From a virus (taxonomy: Duplodnaviria > Caudoviricetes): a stretch of 39,004 nucleotides of DNA. A program made the translations under genes and the position numbers. Shown here in pieces: positions 18,772 through 27,878 of this stretch. The notes under the pieces were generated by a model. It was not told the origin of the DNA and made no database searches. It was given only the letters and a program-made list of their open reading frames with translations. The stretch lies in IMG/VR virus record IMGVR_UViG_3300048576_000452, positions 1 through 39,004 of that record; one strand, written 5' to 3'. The stretch's first letter is position 1, and every line of letters starts with the position of its first letter.

Positions 18772-19170
18772 TTACGCGATATCCGTAATCTTGATATATA
18801 TGCCGGGCAACTTGGCCCAAAACTTTTCTATGATCTCACTGGCTACCAAAGCATCGTCTGTCCAATATCCGAGATGTGTCATGACGTCCTTCAGCATCTT
18901 CTGCAGGTTGTCTGTGTCTGGTTTGCTGGTTTTATACTCCCCGTCCAGATGCTTACCGGCAATAGGGAAACACCATTTGGTTATCAGCTGCACAGCGCCG
19001 GTGTATTTCTCAGCCGGAACATGCTGCCCTAGATGCGCCCGCAACTTAGTGCGAACGGCCTGCAGCTCAGCAGGCTCATAAAACACCGGTTTATTATTTA
19101 CGACGCGCGCCTTCTTTTCCTGATGCGTTTTTGTCGGCGGGATTATCGGCAGGAAGAATTCAGTCTGCAT
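18772..19170 (-). CDS. rusA: RusA-family Holliday junction resolvase
   Basis: KPDTDNLQKMLKD..YWTDDALV. Confidence 0.88.
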   Translation of the reverse strand: MQTEFFLPIIPPTKTHQEKKARVVNNKPVFYEPAELQAVRTKLRAHLGQHVPAEKYTGAVQLITKWCFPIAGKHLDGEYKTSKPDTDNLQKMLKDVMTHLGYWTDDALVASEIIEKFWAKLPGIYIKITDIA

Positions 19171-19621
19171 TTTGTTCCTCCCAATTCCAGAGACCTTGAC
19201 GACCCTTTACCGGTATTGGTTCATCAAGCATTTTCATATTGGCAAATTCCCAGGCATACCGCCCTATTGTAAAGTCTCCGAAATATTCTTCATCGGCAAA
19301 GTTTATTCTTGAGCACCGAAATGAATATGTAATTTCGTGACACTCCACAAGGGCAGCCGTTGCCAAGACAAATCCTGTCGGTAAAATTCTGAAATCAGTG
19401 CTTGGTGTTAATATCCCTGCAGTTTTTAGCGCACCACGCATCGTTAGAATTATTTCGTCTGGTATATCCCTAATTGCGCGAAATGGATTAAGCGTTGCCG
19501 CATGTATCGCTATTGGGCCGCGGTATGAAGTTGCCCAGCTTCGTGTTTCATATTTTTTTACCCCGCAAACCAGCAGACTTGCCCACGGTTGCCATAAAGA
19601 AATAGCTTTCATCTTTAGCAC
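19160..19621 (-). CDS. ASCH domain protein
   Basis: AISLWQPWASL..KKYETRSW..RGPIAIHA..KGRQGLW. Confidence 0.9.
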   Translation of the reverse strand: MLKMKAISLWQPWASLLVCGVKKYETRSWATSYRGPIAIHAATLNPFRAIRDIPDEIILTMRGALKTAGILTPSTDFRILPTGFVLATAALVECHEITYSFRCSRINFADEEYFGDFTIGRYAWEFANMKMLDEPIPVKGRQGLWNWEEQNAD

Positions 19622-19662
19622 CTCACTTTTTACTTTTTGAAATTGCTTTTAGTCATGGATTT

Positions 19663-19942
19663 GGGAAGGGAGGCGTCGTGCGGTAGCATACGCACGACTT
19701 CCTTTCCCCATGACCTCCGCGAGGAGGGAAACGGAAAATATTATATTTATATAGTGTTTTTTTCCCTCAAAATTTCCCTCAGGGAAAATAACGTAATTTA
19801 TGTTTTTTTCCTTCCAGTTTCTTGTATTGCAGATTGCTGTTTTCCACAGAGGGAAAATAACTTGTTTTATGTTTTTTTCCCTCTGTTTTTCCCTCTTATA
19901 TATAGGAAGGGAAAGGGAAAATATTATGTTTTTTTCCTTCCC
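19663..19942. repeat. Putative replication origin: long hairpin plus four GGAAAATA...TGTTTTTTTCC dyad units
   Basis: AT-rich non-coding stretch immediately downstream of the primase-helicase gene. Confidence 0.6.
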
Positions 19943-22155
19943 ACCTTCCCATCATCAATATCAAAACCGCCGTGTTCTTTGATCCTGTTTCTTACAGTTT
20001 TCACTTCTACATCCATATACTCAGCCATCGCATGCACGGTTACCTCACCGTCAATTCCGCATGCTTCAAACGCTACTTCCACGGCCCGCCGCCGGTCGTT
20101 AACCTTCGTTTCTTTCGGCCGGCGCTTCTCCATCGCCTTTTGCCAGGGCGCCTTCTCGCCTTCCGCTTCCACATCGTTCAGGCTGCCCACAGCGTCCACG
20201 TGATGCACAGGATAATCAAACCAAAGATTGATAGGCGGGAACTTCGGGAACTCGCGCAGCGTGCCGTCTATGCGCCAGGCAGAGCGCTGCCGCACTGCTT
20301 TTCTGACTGCCCCAATCTCTTTCTGCATTGCTTGATAAGGCTTTGTCCCGACGCCAAACAGCCGCGTACAGGCATCGATCATGGCAGTCTCGCTACATAA
20401 GTCGTCCTGTGATACCTCGTTCTTATAATTAGGCATATGCGCCTGCAGGAAGCTTTCGCATACCCTGCATACCGCTTTGTTCTCTTCCTGCTTCATGATA
20501 TTGTCGTTCAGATCTAACTCGATGAGATCCAGCAGCACGTCCGGATCGCGCGCAAACACACCGGAGCCGGAAGCCCTGTCCATGCTGCGCTTCTGCCCCT
20601 GCACGCCCTTTGAATGGTGATGGCAGTAGATCACCGCGGCGCCCAGCTCCGAGCATACGCGGTCAAACTGGTTGCAGAAATGCGCCATCTGGTCCGCGCT
20701 GTTCTCGTCGCCGGTGATCACCTTGTAAATAGGATCAATGACGATAGCGATGTAATTTTTCTTTTGCGCCCGGCGGATAAGCTTCGGCGCCAGTTTGTCC
20801 ATGGGTACGGATTTGCCGCGCAGGTTCCAGATATCGATATTGGCAATGTTATCGGGAGACCAGCCCAGCGCGGTATACACGTCCTTGAAGCGGTGCAGGC
20901 AGCTTGCCCGGTCCAGCTCCAGATTGACGTACATCAATTTCCCTTGCGTGCAGATCCAATTTACCCACTTCCTGCCTTCCGCGATCGCGCAACACAGTTC
21001 GATTAAGGCAAATGATTTCCCCGCCTTGGAAGGTCCGGCCAGGAGCATCTTGTGCCCCTGACGCAGCACGCCTTCAATCAAAGGCGGAGAAAGCGCCGGC
21101 AGGTTGTCCCAAACACTGGATAGCGTTTCAGGCTCCGGAAGATCGTCGTTGACGCCCTCTATCCACTCCTGCCATTCCTTCCAGCTCTCTTTTCCGATGT
21201 TGGTATCAATGAGAAATTGCTTGCGGCCGTTGCGCATTACGCCGGGCATGCGTGAAAGCCTCGATGGGTTTTTATTCTGCGTATCCACTACCAGCCCGTT
21301 TTTTTTACAGACATCATACAGATAATCCACGCGCTTGCGGTATTCATCATAATTAGCCGCGTCAACCTTCACGATGGCGTGCAGGCTCTTTTTCCCTGAA
21401 TGCACCAGGCAGGCCACAGGCAGATCCAGCTCCCGGATGATAGCGTTTTGCTGGTCGATATCCAAACTATCTGATTCAACCAAAGCATACCGGTACTCGG
21501 CCACATTTTCATTCTTTGCGCCTTTGCCGTCCATGGGGTTAAAGCGTATCCATGCCCCTACCTCGGGCTTATAATCGCCCAATACAGCCCCGATATCTCC
21601 GTTGCATGTATTCAGCAGCTGGATCAGTTCCCCGGCCGTCCTGTCCCAGCAGCCCTTCGTGGGCATGTATTTTTCCTTCTCGTTGTCATACCAGCTGGTA
21701 GTCACATACCCCACGTTTTCTGATGCCTCAAACAGTGTTTCCAGATACTTCACCAGATGTTCCACGGGCGTCCATGTGTCGGGCTCGATCACTTCCTTGC
21801 CTTCGACCCAGCCCTTATCGATTACCACCAGATCATCCTTGGCGCCGATGATATCATCCCACTCCAGCTCATAGCTCCCGGCAGATACCGGCGGCGTCCA
21901 TCCCTGGTCTTTGGCCATCTGCACGATCGTGCCGGCCGTCACAGGTACGGAAGCGCCGCGGAAGCTGTCCCACTTTTTGAAGCACTCCCCGCCATGATAA
22001 CGTTTTGTATCGCGTGCGCTCCACAAGTCCCAATCAGATGCGGTATATCCCGCATCCTTCAAAGCCATGCCAACAGAACACCACTCGGTATAATCCAGCT
22101 GGGAAGGATCGATATGCTTCAATATTTCTTTTAAGTCAGTCTTATACTCAGACAT
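19924..22155 (-). CDS. Primase-helicase / RepA-like replication protein (PriCT-2 + AAA_25)
   Basis: DYTEWCSVGMALK, HSGKKSLHA, GPSKAGKS Walker A, IVIDP, HHHSKG. Confidence 0.88.
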   Translation of the reverse strand: MSEYKTDLKEILKHIDPSQLDYTEWCSVGMALKDAGYTASDWDLWSARDTKRYHGGECFKKWDSFRGASVPVTAGTIVQMAKDQGWTPPVSAGSYELEWDDIIGAKDDLVVIDKGWVEGKEVIEPDTWTPVEHLVKYLETLFEASENVGYVTTSWYDNEKEKYMPTKGCWDRTAGELIQLLNTCNGDIGAVLGDYKPEVGAWIRFNPMDGKGAKNENVAEYRYALVESDSLDIDQQNAIIRELDLPVACLVHSGKKSLHAIVKVDAANYDEYRKRVDYLYDVCKKNGLVVDTQNKNPSRLSRMPGVMRNGRKQFLIDTNIGKESWKEWQEWIEGVNDDLPEPETLSSVWDNLPALSPPLIEGVLRQGHKMLLAGPSKAGKSFALIELCCAIAEGRKWVNWICTQGKLMYVNLELDRASCLHRFKDVYTALGWSPDNIANIDIWNLRGKSVPMDKLAPKLIRRAQKKNYIAIVIDPIYKVITGDENSADQMAHFCNQFDRVCSELGAAVIYCHHHSKGVQGQKRSMDRASGSGVFARDPDVLLDLIELDLNDNIMKQEENKAVCRVCESFLQAHMPNYKNEVSQDDLCSETAMIDACTRLFGVGTKPYQAMQKEIGAVRKAVRQRSAWRIDGTLREFPKFPPINLWFDYPVHHVDAVGSLNDVEAEGEKAPWQKAMEKRRPKETKVNDRRRAVEVAFEACGIDGEVTVHAMAEYMDVEVKTVRNRIKEHGGFDIDDGKVGRKKT

Positions 22156-22160
22156 GCGTT

Positions 22161-22502
22161 TTACTCCTCTGTCGCGGTCTCCCTGTACATACGCCTCTTG
22201 TTATATTGCTCATTCGATATTTCGCAAACCATCATTTCGTGATAACTGCATTCGCATTCCTCGTTTCCGCAATCCTCACACTCGATTCCAAACCGCTTGC
22301 AGTCAAGCCCATCCGCACGGTAGGCCAGCGGACATGAATGAGCAAAGCAGCAACCTATACCATATTGTTCTTCTGCTTCCGGATGATCGCAGTTGTAACC
22401 ATTGTTGACGTCGGGCTTATCCTCAAATCCGGGTGTCAGGCAGCAGTTAAAGAAGTGCCCGCACATATTCGCCCAGGTATTGAGCGGCATAATTACTTTC
22501 AT
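22161..22502 (-). CDS. Cys-rich hypothetical protein (113 aa, 13 Cys)
   Basis: GGGGGAG RBS before ATG at 22502; fills the helicase-primase gap. Confidence 0.6.
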   Translation of the reverse strand: MKVIMPLNTWANMCGHFFNCCLTPGFEDKPDVNNGYNCDHPEAEEQYGIGCCFAHSCPLAYRADGLDCKRFGIECEDCGNEECECSYHEMMVCEISNEQYNKRRMYRETATEE

Positions 22503-22506
22503 TCTA

Positions 22507-24090
22507 TTACTCCCCCGGTTTGAATTCATTCGGTATGATTTCGTGCGGTACCCTCCAGCCGTTCGCCGCAATGCGGTCGATCAGCTTCTTTGCGCCCTCG
22601 AACTGCCATGTGCCCACGTGCTCAAAGCCCCGGCCCTCCAGGAAGCGGATCTGCTTCGGTGTAGTCAGCCCTTCATCGCGCCGCTTGTCCAGCCTGTCCA
22701 ACAGCTTGGCGGCCTTGCCCGCGTTCTCGATCTCATCCGGAAAAATGCCCAGCTTCTCCAATGTTTTGATCTGCTGATCCGAAGGCGGCCCCGCCTCCCA
22801 TCCAAAGGCTGGTACATACCCGGAAAGGTCCTCCGCCTGTATGCTCATTTCAAACTGCAGCGGATCCACCAGCTTGCGCTTGCGGTTTTTCATTTCCTTC
22901 AGCTTTTCGGCCAAAGCCTTTTCGCGCGCCATGATCACGTCTTCACTGGCCTGCTGCTCAGCATCGGTAATATCCACAGGGCAGCCCGCCTGCTCCAGCT
23001 CCTCGGTCATCACCTGTGCTACTTCCTCGTTTTCACAGATCAGGTGCGCCGGGTGGCAAAGCTCATGGCGCTCGGTGTGCCAAAGGAAATCCAGCAAAAG
23101 CAAATGGTCTTTCCCCGGGTGCAGGCGTGTGCCGCGGCCCACCATCTGCGCGTATAGGCTGCGGATCTTCGTCGGCCGAAGCGGTACGATACAGTCCACC
23201 GAAGGACAGTCCCAGCCTTCCGTCAGCAGCATGGAATTACACAGTACGTCATATCTGCCGGCGTCAAAGTCTTTCAGTATTTCCGCCCTGTCTGCACTAT
23301 CGCCGTTTACTTCGGCAGCGCGAAAACCCTTGGATAAAAGGATCTCTTTGAATTTCTGGCTCGTCGCTATCAATGGAAGGAAGACTACTGTTTTACGGTC
23401 CATACAGTGTGCGGCCATTTCATCCGCGATCCTGTGTAAATACGGCTCCAGAGCGCCGCCCAGATCGCTGGCCTTGAAGTCCCCCGCCTGTTGTCCTACT
23501 CCGGTCAAATCAAGCCGTAAAGGTATGGTCTGGGCCTTTATGGGGCAAAGAAATCCGTCTTTGATCGCCCGGGGCAATGAGTATTCATACGCCAGGCTGT
23601 CGAAATAAGTGCCCAGGTTCTTCATATCCCTACGGTCGGGGGTGGCGGTCACCCCCAAAACATACGCATCTTCAAAATACTGCAACACCCGCTGATAGCT
23701 GTCTGATATGCAATGATGCGCCTCGTCCACGATAATTTTATTAAAGAAATCTACTGGGAATTGCTCCAGCCGCTTTTCACGCATCAATGTTTGGACAGAC
23801 CCGACAATGATCCGGTACCAGCTGCCGATGCAGGTCTCTTCCGCCCTTTCCGTGGCGCATTTAAGCCCCGTCGATTGTGATAGCTTGTCGGCAGCCTGGT
23901 CCAGCAGCTCTCCGCGGTGCGCAAGGATCAGCACCCTTTCCCCGTTCCTTACGCAGTCCTCCGAAAGCTTTGAAAATACGATCGTCTTACCGGTGCCGGT
24001 CGGCAATACCAGCAGGGTCTTTTTGTTGCCGGAAGACCACTGCTGCTGTATTGCTTCTTTTGCTTCAACCTGATATGGCCTGAGCTGCAT
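22507..24090 (-). CDS. SF2 DEAH-box helicase
   Basis: LRPYQ, PTGTGKT, DEAHH, TATP, QMVGRGTR. Confidence 0.92.
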   Translation of the reverse strand: MQLRPYQVEAKEAIQQQWSSGNKKTLLVLPTGTGKTIVFSKLSEDCVRNGERVLILAHRGELLDQAADKLSQSTGLKCATERAEETCIGSWYRIIVGSVQTLMREKRLEQFPVDFFNKIIVDEAHHCISDSYQRVLQYFEDAYVLGVTATPDRRDMKNLGTYFDSLAYEYSLPRAIKDGFLCPIKAQTIPLRLDLTGVGQQAGDFKASDLGGALEPYLHRIADEMAAHCMDRKTVVFLPLIATSQKFKEILLSKGFRAAEVNGDSADRAEILKDFDAGRYDVLCNSMLLTEGWDCPSVDCIVPLRPTKIRSLYAQMVGRGTRLHPGKDHLLLLDFLWHTERHELCHPAHLICENEEVAQVMTEELEQAGCPVDITDAEQQASEDVIMAREKALAEKLKEMKNRKRKLVDPLQFEMSIQAEDLSGYVPAFGWEAGPPSDQQIKTLEKLGIFPDEIENAGKAAKLLDRLDKRRDEGLTTPKQIRFLEGRGFEHVGTWQFEGAKKLIDRIAANGWRVPHEIIPNEFKPGE

Positions 24091-24560
24091 TAGAATTTAC
24101 CCGGCTGGAAATTTGAAGGTTGTTCGGGTGCTTTTTCCGCGGGCTCATAAAACTTTTTGATCTCGTTGAATGTGGTTTCGCTTTTATCTTCTTTAACATA
24201 TTTACGGATGCCGATTTTGCACCGACCCTTAGAGCCTACAACGGCATTCCAGTTCATTTTCACCTTCTCGCCCTTCTGGCGCTGGCCGATGGATGTAAAG
24301 AATGAGCAAAGCATCCCTTCAGTGATCGAATGTAGGAAAAGATTGTGCTTGATAATCGTTACGCCCTCTTCTCCCTCAATCCGGATATGCACGACCGCCT
24401 TATTGCATGGCGGCAGTTTGTCGCTTCCGGTGTGCCGGCCGCGCTCAAATTCGATGACCTCAAAATCATAATCGCCCTCAGGCAGGACTGCAAAATCCGG
24501 GCTGTCCTTCTCAATGCTGTCATCCCAACCTAATTCTCTTCCTTCGTTTACGCTTGCCAT
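24090..24560 (-). CDS. DUF669-like single-stranded DNA-binding protein
   Basis: LPEGDYDFEV..FFTSIG..NEIKKFY. Confidence 0.75.
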   Translation of the reverse strand: MASVNEGRELGWDDSIEKDSPDFAVLPEGDYDFEVIEFERGRHTGSDKLPPCNKAVVHIRIEGEEGVTIIKHNLFLHSITEGMLCSFFTSIGQRQKGEKVKMNWNAVVGSKGRCKIGIRKYVKEDKSETTFNEIKKFYEPAEKAPEQPSNFQPGKF

Positions 24561-24575
24561 AATATAAAACCCTCC

Positions 24576-25760
24576 TTATACTGCTTTTAATTGTTTTCCG
24601 TTTTTCAATTCCTGTATCATTTTATGTACCTGATCCCATGCCCCTACGAGTACGCCGGATACAAACTTCTGATCGTATTTCGATAAAGGCGTATCGATCG
24701 GGTAATAACCGCGATTAGCAACCGCCAGCTGGATATCTTTTTCAGAAACGCTATTGTCCTGCATCAGTATCCTTAACGATCGCAGCGGCATGCTCTCAAG
24801 CTCCGGAGGCGAATCGCGCCTACCGTCAAAGCTTGGGACGTCCCCCTTATATTCTGTAAATCCGGATTGCGCTTCCGGTGGTTCTTCCGGTGGAGGATCT
24901 TCCGGCGGAGGCGCAGCGGGCGCACTTACAGGCGGCGAAGGTGGCGCAGCTGCCGGCTTTTGCGGCACTGTATTTGCCGTTGCAGCGGGCCTGGCTGGCG
25001 GCGGACTGGATGCCTGCGTTATCTGCGTGGGATTAGCGGGGATGCAGTGAGCAATCGCGGAATAATCAAAATCCACTTCATCCGGCAGGCTATGGCGGTT
25101 CTTTGCGTCCCAGCAGGAATGATGTGTCGTATACATAACGCGCTTCCCGCCCTGCGCCTTGTTTTTGCCCTTTGCAGCGCCCTGGTTGTCCACATTCACC
25201 ACATAAGTCTTGTAATTGCAGAAAAGCACCATATCGGCCCATTCCTTCAAAAGAGGTGCCGTTTTCTTCTCAAGCTTTAATTCCCATCGGTCATAACTTC
25301 CCAGCTCGTCCGGCTGCTCAAACTTACGCATCTGCGCATGGGCAACCAATACGATGTTCACGCCTCGGTCGAGCAGATCATTCAGCAAATTCAAAAACCG
25401 GCCAAATTCCTCTTCAAGATATGTATAACCTTTGCCGTATCCGAATTCTTCAATGCTATCTTTTTGGTGTTTCGCACACACATGCGCTCGGCATAATTTT
25501 TCTGCCCAGTCCGCTGTATCAGTGATAAAAGTTCCTATTATTTCAGGATGCGCAATGAAATATTTCACCTGCTCTATCAGCAGTGTCCAGCTTGTGGGCG
25601 TTGGTTTTGTTCGAGCCACGTCCAACTGGTTTGTACTGCCTTCCACATCTGCGAAAATAGCTCCCGGGAATTTACTTGCCAGTGTTGATTTCCCAATTCC
25701 CTCTGGACCATAAATCAATACTTTTTGTGCTTTCATAACTTTTCCTTTGGTAATTTCCAT
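24576..25760 (-). CDS. AAA_24 ATPase (Sak4-like recombinase) with Pro-rich linker
   Basis: YGPEGIGKST, DTADWAE, GYGKGY, WDAKNR; TAATG coupling to the upstream gene. Confidence 0.85.
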   Translation of the reverse strand: MEITKGKVMKAQKVLIYGPEGIGKSTLASKFPGAIFADVEGSTNQLDVARTKPTPTSWTLLIEQVKYFIAHPEIIGTFITDTADWAEKLCRAHVCAKHQKDSIEEFGYGKGYTYLEEEFGRFLNLLNDLLDRGVNIVLVAHAQMRKFEQPDELGSYDRWELKLEKKTAPLLKEWADMVLFCNYKTYVVNVDNQGAAKGKNKAQGGKRVMYTTHHSCWDAKNRHSLPDEVDFDYSAIAHCIPANPTQITQASSPPPARPAATANTVPQKPAAAPPSPPVSAPAAPPPEDPPPEEPPEAQSGFTEYKGDVPSFDGRRDSPPELESMPLRSLRILMQDNSVSEKDIQLAVANRGYYPIDTPLSKYDQKFVSGVLVGAWDQVHKMIQELKNGKQLKAV

Positions 25761-27019
25761 TAAAATTGTCCCTCCTTCCAAGTAGGTTCTGTTTCAAACG
25801 CCTGTCCCTGTACATAGCCGTCTTCGATAATGATGGAGCATTCATCACCAGTCGAAACCCGTGTGGCGATCGCCTGCAGGCCCTCAGCTTCCAGCCAGTT
25901 GCCGAATTCGCGCAAGGTGTCCAAATCCATCTGCTCCAGTTTATCCAGCAGCACAAAGCCGCATTTCGGGTTGATTTTGCGGACAATCGCCGTAGATACT
26001 TTCATCTGGTCAGCGCTCGACATACAATCCCATTTTTTACCCTCAAAAGTCAGTTCCCCGTCCTCGACGGAAAGCCCGGGCAATGGCAGGTTTGCACCTT
26101 TCAGTAAAGCTAGCTTATCCTTGCGGATATTCTCCAGATCGGTGGATAGCGTGGCGTATTGGTTCAGGTAATCCTTCGCGTCCTCTTCGGCCTTGTCCTT
26201 ATCGAGATTGGCGCGTACCTTGCGGTTGATCGTCTCGATGTCATTGAGGTTGGCCTCCAACTCTGCGGTTGATTCGTCGTGAAGATCCAAAGCGGACTTA
26301 CGGGCTATATCAAGATCAGCCCAAATACTTTTTTGTTTTTCATGCAATTCGTCAAGCCGCTGCTGGATTTCCTCAGCCTGGTTTTCGAGATACTGCAAGT
26401 TCTGCCGTTTACGCTGGTTGTCACCGTTGCGGGCCAGTATTTCCTGCTGTTGGCGGATCAGATCCGATGCGGAAACGGGCTCCTTTGGCGCGTCCGGGTA
26501 ATACGGCTGTTCCTTTGCGTATTTATCTTTCTGATCGGCTATCTGCCCGATCGTGCGCCGGCGGTTGAATTTCTCTACCTCCTGTTGCTCCAGCAGCGCG
26601 AGCTGATTGCCCACGCCGATGATCTGCAGGAGCGTATTTGCCTTATCTTTGGAAGTGGATTGCATGAACTTCGGCAGGTCGAGCGCCAGCTGCTCTACGA
26701 AATCATTTAAAAGCTGCTGTCCCCCTTTCTGGCCGTTGGGATCTATCACCTTTAGGTCGCTGTTCTTTCCCTTGCGCTCGATCACCAAGCCGTTAGACAT
26801 TACGATATGAAGATTGGGCGGGATCACAGAATCCACACGCTGGGGCTGTGAAGGACGGTATTTATCCCCTCCCAAGGCCCATGCAATGGAATCGAGCACC
26901 GATGTTTTACCCTGCCCGTTTCTCCCGCCGACGATCGTCAGGCCGTTTGCGGAAGGCTCGATCTTTACGGCCTTGATGCGCTTGACATTTTCGATTTCAA
27001 GCTTATTGATTTTGATCAT
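25760..27019 (-). CDS. SMC/Rad50-like AAA ATPase
   Basis: IENVKRIK, GRNGQGKTS, coiled coil, MSSAD, VLLDKLEQMD. Confidence 0.85.
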   Translation of the reverse strand: MIKINKLEIENVKRIKAVKIEPSANGLTIVGGRNGQGKTSVLDSIAWALGGDKYRPSQPQRVDSVIPPNLHIVMSNGLVIERKGKNSDLKVIDPNGQKGGQQLLNDFVEQLALDLPKFMQSTSKDKANTLLQIIGVGNQLALLEQQEVEKFNRRRTIGQIADQKDKYAKEQPYYPDAPKEPVSASDLIRQQQEILARNGDNQRKRQNLQYLENQAEEIQQRLDELHEKQKSIWADLDIARKSALDLHDESTAELEANLNDIETINRKVRANLDKDKAEEDAKDYLNQYATLSTDLENIRKDKLALLKGANLPLPGLSVEDGELTFEGKKWDCMSSADQMKVSTAIVRKINPKCGFVLLDKLEQMDLDTLREFGNWLEAEGLQAIATRVSTGDECSIIIEDGYVQGQAFETEPTWKEGQF

Positions 27020-27878
27020 TTATATAGACCTCCTTTTCTAATCGCTCTGACATGCTAGTTGTCAGCTTTGACACGGCACCTTTGAACCGTTCATGATATT
27101 CCGGGTTTCTTGCCTTTACTTCCTGTAGTATCGAAAGCAGGGTTTTAAACCCGGAAGCAAGCTGCTCAAAATATACTTGGAATTGCTGGGCGGCGGGATT
27201 AGCTTTCATCTTCAGGTCCTCCAGCTGCCGGAGCAATTCCTCGGGTACCTTTTCAACTACGGCCGGCTCCAGAGTAACGGGTTTGGCCAATTCATCGGTA
27301 AGCGCGGCGTTTTTCTCTTTCGCGTCCTTTAAACTCGCCTCCATGGTTTCAGCCTGTTTTTTATAAATGCGCACATCATCCAACGCTTTTTTATTGGCCC
27401 GTTCCTGTTCATCAGCTGCCAGCAGGGCCTTGGCCGCATCAGCCTTGGCAGCGACCGCTTTATTTTCTGCGTCCGCCTTGTCCTTGATCAGCTGCTGCAG
27501 CTCCCGGGTAGAAATGTTGGCCATGTCATTGTCTTTTACGAATGCTTCCCGTTCTTCGGCCGGTATGCCCAGCAGCGCCACCGCCTGGGTATAGCTCAAA
27601 TCGCCAAGCGCTTGGGATTCTGTTTCTCCAAAAAGGGAAATCTGGTCGGCGCCGTATGCCTCAAAAATACGCATAAGGTTATTGGCCGTGCTGGTGGAAT
27701 AGTCGATGTTGTCTTTCAGCCAGGCTTCCCAATTGCCATGCTGTACCAGCTGCTTGGCTTCCATCAGGCGCCGGCCGATCTCGATGCTGCTGGCCAGTAC
27801 CATTTGCCGGGTTTGATTTTTAATGCTATTGATTTCAACCGCGATGATCTGCGGCGTTCTTGCTGTAATTGCGTTCAT
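27003..27878 (-). CDS. DUF3102 domain protein
   Basis: IEIGRRLMEAKQLVQHGNWEAWL..STANNLMRIF..LSYTQAVALL. Confidence 0.85.
   Translation of the reverse strand: MNAITARTPQIIAVEINSIKNQTRQMVLASSIEIGRRLMEAKQLVQHGNWEAWLKDNIDYSTSTANNLMRIFEAYGADQISLFGETESQALGDLSYTQAVALLGIPAEEREAFVKDNDMANISTRELQQLIKDKADAENKAVAAKADAAKALLAADEQERANKKALDDVRIYKKQAETMEASLKDAKEKNAALTDELAKPVTLEPAVVEKVPEELLRQLEDLKMKANPAAQQFQVYFEQLASGFKTLLSILQEVKARNPEYHERFKGAVSKLTTSMSERLEKEVYINDQNQ

Noticed and set aside
18065-19942. CRISPR array from the short repeats
   Set aside because: Repeats are too short and irregular, with no unique spacers and no cas genes
19637-20203. 188-aa plus-strand ORF
   Set aside because: Phe-rich translation of the origin repeats and antisense to the rep gene
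22402-23608. Long plus-strand ORFs (251 and 255 aa)
   Set aside because: Antisense shadows of the GC-rich helicase gene
24860-25020. GC-rich low-complexity stretch
   Set aside because: It encodes the Pro/Ala linker of the AAA_24 protein
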